Source: Candidatus Pacearchaeota archaeon
GTDB taxonomy: Archaea; Nanobdellota; Nanobdellia; Pacearchaeales; GW2011-AR1
DNA length: 64,000 bases
Assembly (NCBI GenBank): GCA_018303855.1
Contig: JAGVXI010000006.1
Span: 105,181 to 169,180, forward strand
Direction: 5' to 3'
Positions 18,336-27,546 of the stretch are shown here, one piece after another (the first letter of the stretch is position 1; each line of letters opens with the position of its first letter). A program made the translations under genes and the position numbers. Below the pieces are notes generated by a model. It worked only from the letters and a program-made list of their open reading frames with translations, searched no databases and had not been told where the DNA came from.

Positions 18336-18971
18336 ATGCTAAATAAAAAAGAAATCACAATTACAGCTGTTGTAGCAGTTGTTTTAGCATTTTGCGCAAG
18401 TTTATTTACAGATACTTTAACCTTTTTTTATGTTTTAGCGTCTATATTGATTATTTTAACTGTGAATACTACTGCAAAAAAAGTAGCAGCATATTATTGC
18501 GATTCAGAAATTGAAATTAAATTATGGGAAATTTCAAGGTTTGGATTTAAAGCAAACTGGAGATTTAAAAAACCTGCTCCGGCAGGCTTGATTATCCCCT
18601 TAGTAATAAGCATGCTATCAGTTGGCTATGTTAAATGGCTTGCTGCACTAGTTTTTGATGTAACTCCAAAACCATACAGGGCAGCTAAAAGACATGGGCT
18701 TTATAGATTCAGCGAAATGACAGAATCCCATATAGGATTAATTGCTGCATCTGGCATTCTTGCAAACCTTTTCTTTGCAGTAGTTGGTTATTTGATTGGA
18801 ACACCAGAACCAATGAATTTTGTAAGTTTAAGCGTATTTTATGCGCTTTTTAACATGCTTCCAATTTCAGATTTAGACGGAAATAAAATATTCTTCGGAA
18901 GCATTGAATTATGGGGCTTTTTAGCTTCGCTTGTATTAATAGCAGTAGCTTTAGTATTTTTAGTGGTGTAA
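18336..18971 (+). CDS. Site-2 protease (M50)-like membrane protein, HExxH not evident
   Basis: Multi-TM protein. FNMLPISDLDGNKIF matches the M50 NxxPxxxLDG motif. I found no HExxH in the 211 aa. Confidence 0.5.
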   Translation: MLNKKEITITAVVAVVLAFCASLFTDTLTFFYVLASILIILTVNTTAKKVAAYYCDSEIEIKLWEISRFGFKANWRFKKPAPAGLIIPLVISMLSVGYVKWLAALVFDVTPKPYRAAKRHGLYRFSEMTESHIGLIAASGILANLFFAVVGYLIGTPEPMNFVSLSVFYALFNMLPISDLDGNKIFFGSIELWGFLASLVLIAVALVFLVV

Positions 18972-19012
18972 AGCACAATAAACATTAAAAATACGAAAAT
19001 AATAAAAATACA

Positions 19013-19174
19013 ATGATAGAACCAACATTTAAACAAGGATATGAGGATTGTATGCAAAATTTAGAACAAAGATATGCTACTGAAGAATATATAGAGGGAT
19101 ACAGGCAGGGAAAAGAAAGAAAGCATTTGAGATGGTTGAGTAAGAATCTAGATAGGTTATTTTCAGAAGCATGA
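19013..19174 (+). CDS. Possible 53-aa small protein, not in ORF track
   Basis: My translation: MIEPTFKQGYEDCMQNLEQRYATEEYIEGYRQGKERKHLRWLSKNLDRLFSEA. The composition is more protein-like than the two antisense track ORFs here. Confidence 0.25.
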   Translation: MIEPTFKQGYEDCMQNLEQRYATEEYIEGYRQGKERKHLRWLSKNLDRLFSEA

Positions 19175-19211
19175 CACAAAAATTTAAAAACAATTGGCTC
19201 CTTAAATATTT

Positions 19212-19436
19212 ATGGCAGAAAGTATTGAAGAATTGCTTAAATCAAAACCAATAACAGGGGGCTTTGCAGTAATTGCATTTATAGGAGGTGTTATTTTTTT
19301 AAGCTATAGCTACAGTATAACCGGAAATGTGGTTTTAAATAATAAATATTCATTTAACCTTCTCTCCTTGATAGGGTTGCTTTTAGTAGTATGTTCTGGA
19401 ATATTAAGCCTTTATTCTATCAAAAAGAAAAAATAA
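19212..19436 (+). CDS. Small two-TM membrane protein
   Basis: 74 aa with two hydrophobic helices, immediately upstream of the Hef helicase gene. Confidence 0.4.
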   Translation: MAESIEELLKSKPITGGFAVIAFIGGVIFLSYSYSITGNVVLNNKYSFNLLSLIGLLLVVCSGILSLYSIKKKK

Positions 19437-19442
19437 ACTGCA

Positions 19443-21017
19443 ATGGAATTTTTGCAAGATATCTCTCCGCGAGATTATCAAAAACAGATTTTTGAAACAT
19501 GTAAAGAGAAAAATTGCTTAGTTGTGCTTCCTACTGGATTAGGCAAAACCCTGGTAGGCTTAATGATTACTATTCACAGAATGAAACAATTTCCAGGAGA
19601 AAAAGTGCTTTTTCTTGCTCCAACACGCCCATTAGCAGAACAGCATTTAAATTATTTTAAAAAACATCTCCCGGAATTGTTTGGCGAGATGACTCTTTTT
19701 ACAGGAAAAATAGATGCTTATAATAGAAAAAAACTATGGCAGTTTTCTGACATTATTTTTTCAACACCGCAATGTATTGCAAATGATTTAAAAAAAAATC
19801 TTTACAACTTAACAGAAGTTTGCCTCTTAATTGAAGATGAAGCTCATAGATGCTTAAAAAATTATGATTATAACTATGTTGCAAAAGAATACAACAAATA
19901 TGCGGGAAATCCAAGAATTATTGGTTTAACTGCTTCGCCTGGAAGCGATAAGCAAAAGATAAAGGAAATATGCAATAACCTTAAAATAGAAGAAGTTGAG
20001 TTAAGGCAAAGGGAAAGCTCTGACGTAAAGGAATATCTTCAAGAGCTTAAATTTGAAAAAATCAAAATTCTTTTTCCAAAAGAATTTGAAGAAATACGGC
20101 ACACATTAAAGAAGATTTATGAAAGATATGTAGAGGAACTTAGAAGCAGAAGCGTACTTTACGGGCCGGCAACAAAAACAAGCCTTATTCAGTTGCAAAA
20201 CAAAATCAGCACATCTCTTGCAAGAGGAAATAGGAACTTTAATTATATGTTAGCTGCTTCTGCATGTGCCCAGGCAATAAAACTTCAGTATGCCATGGAA
20301 CTTTTAGAAACCCAAACACTAAAAGGTTTTACAAACTATCTTGAAACTTTGCTTAATAAGTCAAAAACTGGCAGCCGGGGAATAAAACGCCTTGTTGCAA
20401 AACCAGAATTTACTTTTTCTTATCTTAGGGCAAAAGAACTTTTGGAAAAAAATGTTGAACATCCAAAACTTTCACATATTAAAGAGCTTGTGAAAAAAGA
20501 AAAAGAAAAAAATGAAAGGGTAAAAATTATTGTCTTTGCCCAATTTAGAGAAACAGCGTCAATAATTTCAGAAAATCTTAATACTATAAACGGCATCAGG
20601 GCAAAAGTTTTTATAGGGCAAGCTAAAAGAGGCTCTGGAAAAGATCAAAGAGGCTTAAGCCAAAAAGAACAGCAGCAAATAATCCAAGAATTCAGCCAAG
20701 GAAAAATAAATGTGCTCTGCGCAACAAGCATTGGAGAAGAGGGGCTTGATATACCAGAAGTAAATGCAGTTATTTTTTATGAACCAGTACCAAGCGCAAT
20801 TCGGAAAATCCAGCGGGCAGGAAGAACAGCAAGATTAATGCAGGGAAAATTAATAATCCTTATAACACAAAAAACACGTGATGAAGCATATTATTATGTG
20901 TCAAGAGCTAAAGAAAAAAAAATGTATTCTGCCATTGATTCAATAAAACAAGAGCTTAAAGAACCTAAAAAATTAAAACAAAAGATACAAGAAAAACTAA
21001 GCAAGTTTATTCCATAA
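19443..21017 (+). CDS. Hef/FANCM-type DEAH helicase (helicase part only)
   Basis: RDYQKQIF...LPTGLGKT (motif I), IEDEAHR (DEAH), TASPG (III), and C-terminal RecA-2 motifs VLCATSIGEEGLDIP and IQRAGRTAR. Confidence 0.85.
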   Translation: MEFLQDISPRDYQKQIFETCKEKNCLVVLPTGLGKTLVGLMITIHRMKQFPGEKVLFLAPTRPLAEQHLNYFKKHLPELFGEMTLFTGKIDAYNRKKLWQFSDIIFSTPQCIANDLKKNLYNLTEVCLLIEDEAHRCLKNYDYNYVAKEYNKYAGNPRIIGLTASPGSDKQKIKEICNNLKIEEVELRQRESSDVKEYLQELKFEKIKILFPKEFEEIRHTLKKIYERYVEELRSRSVLYGPATKTSLIQLQNKISTSLARGNRNFNYMLAASACAQAIKLQYAMELLETQTLKGFTNYLETLLNKSKTGSRGIKRLVAKPEFTFSYLRAKELLEKNVEHPKLSHIKELVKKEKEKNERVKIIVFAQFRETASIISENLNTINGIRAKVFIGQAKRGSGKDQRGLSQKEQQQIIQEFSQGKINVLCATSIGEEGLDIPEVNAVIFYEPVPSAIRKIQRAGRTARLMQGKLIILITQKTRDEAYYYVSRAKEKKMYSAIDSIKQELKEPKKLKQKIQEKLSKFIP

Positions 21018-21076
21018 ACTATAATTGCTACAACATAAATCTTTATAACTTTAAATGGATAAAGCTTAATACTAAA

Positions 21077-21550
21077 ATGGCGAAGAGAAAAAAAGAAAAA
21101 AAGTTAGAAGAAAAAGTAGTATATATTATAGGAAGTTTGAGAAACAAAAAAGTTCCGCATTTGGCAAAAAGGTTAAGAAAACTTGGTTTTAAGGAAGTCT
21201 TTGATGATTGGTTTTCCCCTGGCCCAGAAGCAGATGACTTTTGGAGAAAATATGAAAAAACAAGAGGAAGTACTTACAAACAAGCATTAAAGAATTATGC
21301 AGGCAAGCATATTTATGAGTTTGATAAATTCCATATAGACAGGTGTGATATTGGGATATTATATATGCCTTGTGGGAAATCCGGACATCTTGAATTAGGC
21401 TATATGCTAGGAAGTGGAAAAAATGGTTATGTTTTATTTGATAGAGAACCTGATAGGTGGGATGTTATGTATCAATTTTGCGACGGAGTTTTTTTTAATT
21501 TAAAGGAATTGGAAAGAGAATTAATAAATAATAACAAAAGGAAAGAATAA
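21077..21550 (+). CDS. Nucleoside 2-deoxyribosyltransferase-like superfamily protein
   Basis: VYIIGSLRN... N-terminal Rossmann strand and GKSGHLELGYMLGSGKNGYVLF, resembling the NDT-family catalytic Glu region (D.Gt.fElGya). Weak call. Confidence 0.4.
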   Translation: MAKRKKEKKLEEKVVYIIGSLRNKKVPHLAKRLRKLGFKEVFDDWFSPGPEADDFWRKYEKTRGSTYKQALKNYAGKHIYEFDKFHIDRCDIGILYMPCGKSGHLELGYMLGSGKNGYVLFDREPDRWDVMYQFCDGVFFNLKELERELINNNKRKE

Positions 21551-21552
21551 CA

Positions 21553-22593
21553 TTACTTCTTTACTCCATGTGCAATGCTTTCATTCATGCCAGCAGAAGA
21601 AATTTCTATAAAATCAGCTTTTCCCCTTAAATCTTCAATAGAACAACATCCAGTATAAGTCATACCAGAAGCGAGCCCTCCTAAAAACTTTTTTATTATT
21701 TCTTGAACAGGACCCTGATATTTAACCAAGGTGGATTCACCTTCTACGCTAATAATCTCTTCATCTGTTTTTCCATCTATGCTTAATCTTCTAATAGTTG
21801 CATCATAACTTGCCATCCCACGATATTTTTTAAATTGGCAACCATCTTTTTCTATAATTTCTCCAGGAGTTTCCTCAGTACCAGAAAAAATACTCCCCAC
21901 CATTACAGTATCTGCGCCAGCTCCAATTGCTTTTGTTAAGTCTCCAGGATTTCTTATTCCGCCATCAGCACAAAGAGGAATCCGGCCTTGAGTTTCCTCA
22001 TAAGCTTCCATAATTGCTGTTATTTGAGGAACTCCAGCACCACTCATAATTCTTGTTGTGCACATTGCACCAGGACCAACACCAACCTTAATTGCATCTG
22101 CACCCTTGCTAAAAAAATAATGAGCAGCATCTTTAGTTGCTATATTCCCAACCATTACATCAACTTGTGGATAATTTTTCTTAATCCAGTCAAGAGTTTT
22201 GCCCGCATATTTAGAATGTCCATGAGCAATATCCAGCACTAATAATTCTAAACCAGATTCAATAAGTTTAGGAACCCTTTCTAAATAATCTTTTATGCCT
22301 ATAGCTGCAGCAGCAATTAAATTTTCACTTTTAATTTTTTTAATTTCTTTAACTTGACTATCAATTGATAAATAACGATGAATGATTCCAAGACCACCGA
22401 GTTTTCCAATCGCAATAGCCATTTCAGCCTCACAGATAGTATCCATATTCGCAGCTATTAATGGAATAGCAAGCCTTATATTTCGCGAAACTTTTGTTTT
22501 AAGATCAACATCCTTCCTAGAAAGAATTTTATTATACTTTGGCAATATCAAAACATCATCATAAGAAAAACCCTTCCCCATAATTTTTGCCAT
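21553..22593 (-). CDS. IMP dehydrogenase/GMP reductase family enzyme lacking a CBS subdomain
   Basis: GGLGIIHR, catalytic loop [39 protein letters not shown]. At 346 aa it is too short to contain a Bateman domain. Confidence 0.85.
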   Translation of the reverse strand: MAKIMGKGFSYDDVLILPKYNKILSRKDVDLKTKVSRNIRLAIPLIAANMDTICEAEMAIAIGKLGGLGIIHRYLSIDSQVKEIKKIKSENLIAAAAIGIKDYLERVPKLIESGLELLVLDIAHGHSKYAGKTLDWIKKNYPQVDVMVGNIATKDAAHYFFSKGADAIKVGVGPGAMCTTRIMSGAGVPQITAIMEAYEETQGRIPLCADGGIRNPGDLTKAIGAGADTVMVGSIFSGTEETPGEIIEKDGCQFKKYRGMASYDATIRRLSIDGKTDEEIISVEGESTLVKYQGPVQEIIKKFLGGLASGMTYTGCCSIEDLRGKADFIEISSAGMNESIAHGVKK

Positions 22594-22677
22594 TTTATTT
22601 AAGTTTCCCTAAAAATAATATAGATTTAGACTATAAAAACATAATTAAACCAAAAAGCACACCCCAGAATTAACAAA

Positions 22678-23370
22678 ATGACAGATGTTTTGGACATATT
22701 TTCAAAACCCAAGATAAAAGAAAAACCTAAATTAATTATAAATCCAAAAATTCTAGCTGATTATCGCGAAAAAAATTCAATGGTTCCATCTGAATTAATG
22801 CATCTTGGCATTGAAGTTGAATTTAAACACTTAAAGGTTGCTGATTATCTTGTAGGTGAGGTTGCAATTGAAAGAAAAACAGTATCTGATTTTATTTCTT
22901 CAATGATAAACAAACGCTTAATTAGGCAACTTGAAGAACTTCAGCAATACCAATATAAATTATTGATTATAGAAGGTTTAGAGGAACAGGAGCTTTACAA
23001 TGATAAAAGTGAGATAGAACAGGGCGTGAATGCTAATGCTATAAGGGGGTTTTTATTAACAATCTTATTAAGGTTTAAAGTGCCTATTATATTTTCAAAA
23101 AATGAGGAAGATACTGCAAGATTCATTAACCTTATAGCAAAAAAGAAAAGACAAGAGCCCTCTCTTAATGTAAAAAAGAAATCGCTGAACAAAAAAGAGC
23201 AATTACAATATCTTATTGAAGGCTTTCCAGGCATTGGCCCAAAAACAGCTCAAAAACTTCTAAAAGAATTTAAAACAATTCGCAGCATAATTAATGCTCC
23301 ACTTGAAAAAGTCCATAAATTAATAGGAAAAAAATCACATATTTTTAAGCTAATTGATGAGGAATATTAA
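22678..23370 (+). CDS. ERCC4 (XPF/Hef/Mus81-type) nuclease with C-terminal HhH2
   Basis: ADYLVGEVAIERKTVSDFISSMINKRLIRQLEEL (the ERK..D nuclease motif). C-terminal GFPGIGPKTAQKLLKEF helix-hairpin-helix. Confidence 0.85.
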   Translation: MTDVLDIFSKPKIKEKPKLIINPKILADYREKNSMVPSELMHLGIEVEFKHLKVADYLVGEVAIERKTVSDFISSMINKRLIRQLEELQQYQYKLLIIEGLEEQELYNDKSEIEQGVNANAIRGFLLTILLRFKVPIIFSKNEEDTARFINLIAKKKRQEPSLNVKKKSLNKKEQLQYLIEGFPGIGPKTAQKLLKEFKTIRSIINAPLEKVHKLIGKKSHIFKLIDEEY

Positions 23371-23376
23371 CCCCAA

Positions 23377-23613
23377 TCAGATTAAGAAGATATCATCTAA
23401 AAAAATTTTATAACTATGCTCAGCATTGCATTGAAATAATTCTTTAACTAAAATATAATGAACATTTGCCTTCTCTAATACACCTAACAATATCTGCTGA
23501 AGCTCTTTATCATTTTCCTTAGAAATAACATAAACAACAAGGTCTGGAACATCTAAAATAACTTTTTTAGTTCCTCTAACTACCTCTTCTAATTTTATAG
23601 GAATGCCCATCAA
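23377..23613 (-). CDS. Hypothetical 78-aa protein
   Basis: ORF only. Its faint resemblance to the L7Ae/L30e-fold pattern is not strong enough to call. Confidence 0.35.
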   Translation of the reverse strand: MMGIPIKLEEVVRGTKKVILDVPDLVVYVISKENDKELQQILLGVLEKANVHYILVKELFQCNAEHSYKIFLDDIFLI

Positions 23614-23854
23614 AATAGAATAAGCAAGTTTCTATTTATAAAAGCATCTTAACTTAAAAAGATATAACAAACAACAAAAATCTTATAAATCTTCAAAATA
23701 TTTTTTGATTATATCATCAATTTTTCTGGATTAATCAAAACATTAATAAATAGAACGATAGCCTGTTAATTGTAAGTCACTGCTTTTACTACTATAATCT
23801 AACATACTGACTTTTTATATTATAAGTCATCTCATTTATCGCAATTCAAACCTT

Positions 23855-24394
23855 TCAACTTAAATTAAATTTTTCAATAGTCCTATAAATTGGCCCTTGC
23901 TTTGTTAATTCAGATTTTATTAAACTAAAATAATCAACCTTAAAATCTAATTTCTTAAAATGAATTTTTCCCAATGTCTCAGCCAGTTTATTTTTATTTT
24001 TAACAAACTTTACTCTTGCTGTTGTTATATGCGATTCAAACTCTCTTTCATCAGCATTTCCAATTTTACCTTTAATTGCCTTATACAACCCTTTTAATTT
24101 ATTATTCTCGCTGATTAACTCCACCCAGATTACTTTTATATGCTCACGCGACGGAAAACAGCCAACTTTCCCAATAGAACATGAAAATTTATCAAATTTA
24201 ACTCCTTTTAATTCATCTATAACCTTCTTTGCTTTTTCTTCGCTAATTTCTCCGAGGAAATTTAAAGTTAAATGCAGATTTTCTTTTTCAACAAACTTGC
24301 CTCCAAAAACATCCTTTTCCATCAAAGTTTCAAACTCGTGAAATATCCTTGCTTTAATATGTTCAGGCAATTCAACTGCAACAAATGCTCGCAT
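23855..24394 (-). CDS. thpR: RNA 2',3'-cyclic phosphodiesterase / 2'-5' RNA ligase (2H phosphoesterase)
   Basis: Two HxT motifs (HLTLNFLGE and HITTARV) at the spacing typical of LigT/ThpR. Confidence 0.85.
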   Translation of the reverse strand: MRAFVAVELPEHIKARIFHEFETLMEKDVFGGKFVEKENLHLTLNFLGEISEEKAKKVIDELKGVKFDKFSCSIGKVGCFPSREHIKVIWVELISENNKLKGLYKAIKGKIGNADEREFESHITTARVKFVKNKNKLAETLGKIHFKKLDFKVDYFSLIKSELTKQGPIYRTIEKFNLS

Positions 24395-24397
24395 TTT

Positions 24398-25003
24398 TTA
24401 ATTACCCTTCCCCCTCGAATTTAATCTTTTTTCTTTTAAAATCCCTTTATAATGTGCTCGGTTAATAAAAAACAAAAGGATAAAGCCAGCTAAAGAGAAT
24501 AATCCAACAATAAAGAACAAGAGATCAAAGCCAATAGTGCTGGCTAATTCTGCTCCAAGATATGCTGTTAAAGCTATTCCCACGCCAACAGAAGTGCTCC
24601 ATATAGCCCATTCAAATCCCTTATGTTTTTTATCCATATAGGTTGTAAATAAAGAAAACCACGTAGGATATGCCAAAGCTGTTCCAAAACCATATATCAC
24701 TTGTGCTATAAAGATATGATTAACATTTTTAGCAAAAGAGTAAATAAAAGGCACAAGAACAATCAAAAGAGTTCCTGCAATCAATAAGATAACTTTATGC
24801 CTGTGCTTGTCAATATACATTGAAAGAGGTAACTGAATTGCAGATTTAGTAACCCAAAAGATTGTTGTAGCTAAACCAACTGCAACAAGACTTCCGCCAA
24901 TTAAATCCTCCTTAATAAATATCGCGAATATTGGGGCAATCAAACCAAAACTGCTTAAAATTAAAACATCTGACAAGATTAACATCAACAGCTCTTTTTT
25001 CAT
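24398..25003 (-). CDS. Half-size MFS-like membrane protein (6 TM)
   Basis: I placed the start at MKKELLML (25003). The hydrophobic pattern and the loop MYIDKHRHKV resemble an MFS N-terminal half. Only about 200 aa. Confidence 0.5.
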   Translation of the reverse strand: MKKELLMLILSDVLILSSFGLIAPIFAIFIKEDLIGGSLVAVGLATTIFWVTKSAIQLPLSMYIDKHRHKVILLIAGTLLIVLVPFIYSFAKNVNHIFIAQVIYGFGTALAYPTWFSLFTTYMDKKHKGFEWAIWSTSVGVGIALTAYLGAELASTIGFDLLFFIVGLFSLAGFILLFFINRAHYKGILKEKRLNSRGKGN

Positions 25004-25162
25004 GAAAGAGTAGAGGTTTTCCGGATTTAAAAAAGTTGTGAGTTTGTTAATATAATAAAATGATAAATAAACAATCAAAAGTTTAAGTCATAATCTAATA
25101 CCTCCATAAAATTAGCTCTACTTAGCGTCTTTATGCTTAACAACCTCTTAATCAAAAACAAT

Positions 25163-26002
25163 CTACAATAATTCACTTAAAATTTTCGCCCCCAGCTTCG
25201 TTGTAATCATGCCATGCTTCTCGTCTAAAACAGGATTTATCTCAACTAAATCAACTGCCTTTAAATTCTTCATTTTATTTATTCTCTGAATTAAATAAAT
25301 AAACTGTCTTGAAGTTAAACCTCCTGGTTCAAGATACCCAGTTGCAGGAGCAAATGCAGGATCAACAACATCAATATCCAGGCTTAAATAAAGCTCTTTA
25401 TCCTGGCTAAAAGCAAATTCCATCATAATATCACAAGTATCGTCTAAATCATTTAATAATTGGTTAGTATGTACAATCCTAATATGCTTTTCATTAATAA
25501 ATTCAAATTCTCTTGCATCTAAATTCCTTATTCCAACCAACAAAATGTTCTTTGGATTAAATCCAGTCTCAATCAAACCTCTTAACCATGCTTCATGAGT
25601 AGGATAACTCTCACTTCCTTTAACAAGAGGCATGCAGTCAGCATGAGCATCAAATATAATCAAAACAGGTTCTTTGCTATTGTCTTTACAACTATCTAAA
25701 AAAGCCCTTGCCAAAGAATAACTTATGCTATGATCGCCCCCAAGAAATATTGTCTTAGGTTTATCACTTAAAATTTTAATAGCATTTTCATAAATCAACT
25801 TATTGCTTAACTCCAAGTTAGAATTATCTAAATGAATCTCTTCTAAATCAAGCAATTTTACATCAATTGGCTTGCCTTGCTCATTGCTATAGATTTCCTT
25901 TAAACTCTCAAGTATTGCATTTCCTGCTTTCTCGCATCCTTTTGTTTTCCCCAAGCCATTAATGCCAGGAACTTTTACGATAAAAACCATAAAAATAAAC
26001 AA
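25163..26002 (-). CDS. speB: Agmatinase/arginase-family ureohydrolase
   Basis: Mn-binding motifs GGDHSISY, IIFDAHADC and LSLDIDVVDPAFAP. Confidence 0.85.
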   Translation of the reverse strand: MFIFMVFIVKVPGINGLGKTKGCEKAGNAILESLKEIYSNEQGKPIDVKLLDLEEIHLDNSNLELSNKLIYENAIKILSDKPKTIFLGGDHSISYSLARAFLDSCKDNSKEPVLIIFDAHADCMPLVKGSESYPTHEAWLRGLIETGFNPKNILLVGIRNLDAREFEFINEKHIRIVHTNQLLNDLDDTCDIMMEFAFSQDKELYLSLDIDVVDPAFAPATGYLEPGGLTSRQFIYLIQRINKMKNLKAVDLVEINPVLDEKHGMITTKLGAKILSELL

Positions 26003-26317
26003 GAAAAGATGTTTAAAAAGATGATTGTTTTAAATTTATCTCGCTATCAATAGGAATATCACATCTGAGAATAGTAACATCAAAAAGTCCTTGCGTTTTA
26101 CCACATGTCAAAAAGGTAAATTTTTGAGCACTGTCAGAAACTTTTAGTTTCTGAAGTCTTAAAAGGTGTGGTTTGTTTGGACTTTTGGATGCTCAAGATA
26201 CCATTACATACTAAAGTGTATGGTTTTCTTCAGGTATCTTGACATAATAAAGACTATCTTAACAAATGCTTATTTGCCTACTATAAACCATCTCCGAAGA
26301 TAATTTTACTAAACAAC

Positions 26318-26749
26318 TTACCTTAACTTTGGTACAAGTTTAGTTAAAAAATCAAAAACCTTTTGAGCATATTCTCTATTTAATATCTTTCCATAATATG
26401 TAACAGAATTTCTGAAGTATCTTAGTTCATTTAAAAAAGATATTTCGTTTTCTGGAAATTCAAGTTTTTTGAGATATGAAATCTCGGCTTCATGGGCATA
26501 ATTTCCCGAAGCATAATGCCCATTTAATAAAAGTTTTGCTCTTATCTTTTCAAGCATAATATCATAACAATCTTTTATTATAGAATTTGCATTTTTATCA
26601 TTAATTCCCATCGCATTAATTCTTTCTTTCAATGCTTCAAGAGAAACTTCAGATTCTTTTATTAAAAATTGCGCCCTTGATTTATCTGAGGTGATTTTTC
26701 TAACTACACCTTTCTTTATGTAATACTCAAATTCCTGTGGCAGTTTCAT
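26318..26749 (-). CDS. HEPN domain protein (toxin-like partner of MNT)
   Basis: 143-aa all-helical protein with LRYFRNSVTYYG, an Rx4-6H-like region. Overlaps the upstream nucleotidyltransferase gene by 4 nt. Confidence 0.65.
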   Translation of the reverse strand: MKLPQEFEYYIKKGVVRKITSDKSRAQFLIKESEVSLEALKERINAMGINDKNANSIIKDCYDIMLEKIRAKLLLNGHYASGNYAHEAEISYLKKLEFPENEISFLNELRYFRNSVTYYGKILNREYAQKVFDFLTKLVPKLR

Positions 26750-27303
26750 AATTCCACGCCCCCAGACAAAATTATTCCATTTAAAATATTTTCTTTCAAA
26801 TGTTTGTGAATTTCTTTAAATGAATGATAAAAATTGATTATAATCTTCTTTTGTAACAATCTTTCAAATATTGTCAAATTTAACTCATTATTTTTTTTGC
26901 CTTTTAAACCAATTACAGCAATGTCAACATCAGAAGTTTGAACATCTTCCCCCCTTGAATAACTCCCAAAAAGAATAATTGTTGCTCCAGGAAAACTATT
27001 TTGTAAAAACCTGGCCAATCCCGATTCATAAATCATTTGTAAATTTTCAACCCTTTTCAATTCAATTGCTTTTTGATTATCTTTATTAAATTCAATTGAC
27101 CATCTGCCAGAATCTTTATCTTTGGTTATTTTTACCAATCCTTGTTTTTCCAATTCTGGTAGAGCTTTTACAACACCCGCTTGTGTTCTATTCAAAAGCA
27201 TTGCCAAGCCTCTTGCATTAAAAACTACTCCTGCTTTTATCATTAAATACTGCAAAATCTCCTGCTGAAGTAAAGTAAACTCTGATTTATATATCTTTAC
27301 CAT
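26746..27303 (-). CDS. Minimal nucleotidyltransferase (MNT) with N-terminal wHTH
   Basis: LFGSYSRGEDVQTSDVDIAV is the GSx10DxD NTase motif. The N-terminal segment LAMLLNRTQAGVVKALPELEKQGLV looks like a winged helix. Confidence 0.8.
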   Translation of the reverse strand: MVKIYKSEFTLLQQEILQYLMIKAGVVFNARGLAMLLNRTQAGVVKALPELEKQGLVKITKDKDSGRWSIEFNKDNQKAIELKRVENLQMIYESGLARFLQNSFPGATIILFGSYSRGEDVQTSDVDIAVIGLKGKKNNELNLTIFERLLQKKIIINFYHSFKEIHKHLKENILNGIILSGGVEL

Positions 27304-27313
27304 AGTTTATATA

Positions 27314-27341
27314 TGTAAACTGCAGTTTATATGTCTTTCTG
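27314..27341. promoter_or_regulatory. Operator-like box 1 upstream of the MNT/HEPN operon
   Basis: TGTAAACTGCAGTTTATATGTCTTTCTG, 11 nt upstream of the MNT start codon. Contains the inverted pair AGTTTA/TAAACT. Repeated at 27460..27488. Confidence 0.45.
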
Positions 27342-27459
27342 TTAATGCGAGATAAACAAGAAAGAAATAAGGGGTTTAAAAGGTTAATTGATGCAAGAGC
27401 CAGATGATAATTAACTATGTAACTACATAACGCTAAATTAAATTCTTATGTTAGAACAA

Positions 27460-27488
27460 TGTAAACTCAAGTTTAGATGTCTTTACTG
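27460..27488. promoter_or_regulatory. Operator-like box 2
   Basis: TGTAAACTCAAGTTTAGATGTCTTTACTG. Same orientation as box 1 and differs at only a few positions. Confidence 0.4.
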
Positions 27489-27546
27489 GGGTTCAATATA
27501 TATTAATTGAAAATTAGATTATCTGACTTGCCCTTATCGTCTCAAC

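Noticed and set aside
23377-23613. Possible L7Ae/L30e-fold ribosomal-type protein
   Set aside because: The resemblance (GTKKVIL..DLVVYVIS...) is too weak, and the RNA-binding signature residues are not evident. Kept as a hypothetical protein only.
26003-26317. 315-bp gap with a 7-bp-stem hairpin (CAGAAAC-tttta-GTTTCTG, 26135..26153) and a 9-bp long-range pairing (CAAGATACC ... GGTATCTTG, 26194..26241), considered as an ncRNA or gene remnant
   Set aside because: I recognise no conserved RNA family signature and no convincing reading frame. Hairpins of this size are expected by chance in A/T-rich spacers. Left unannotated.
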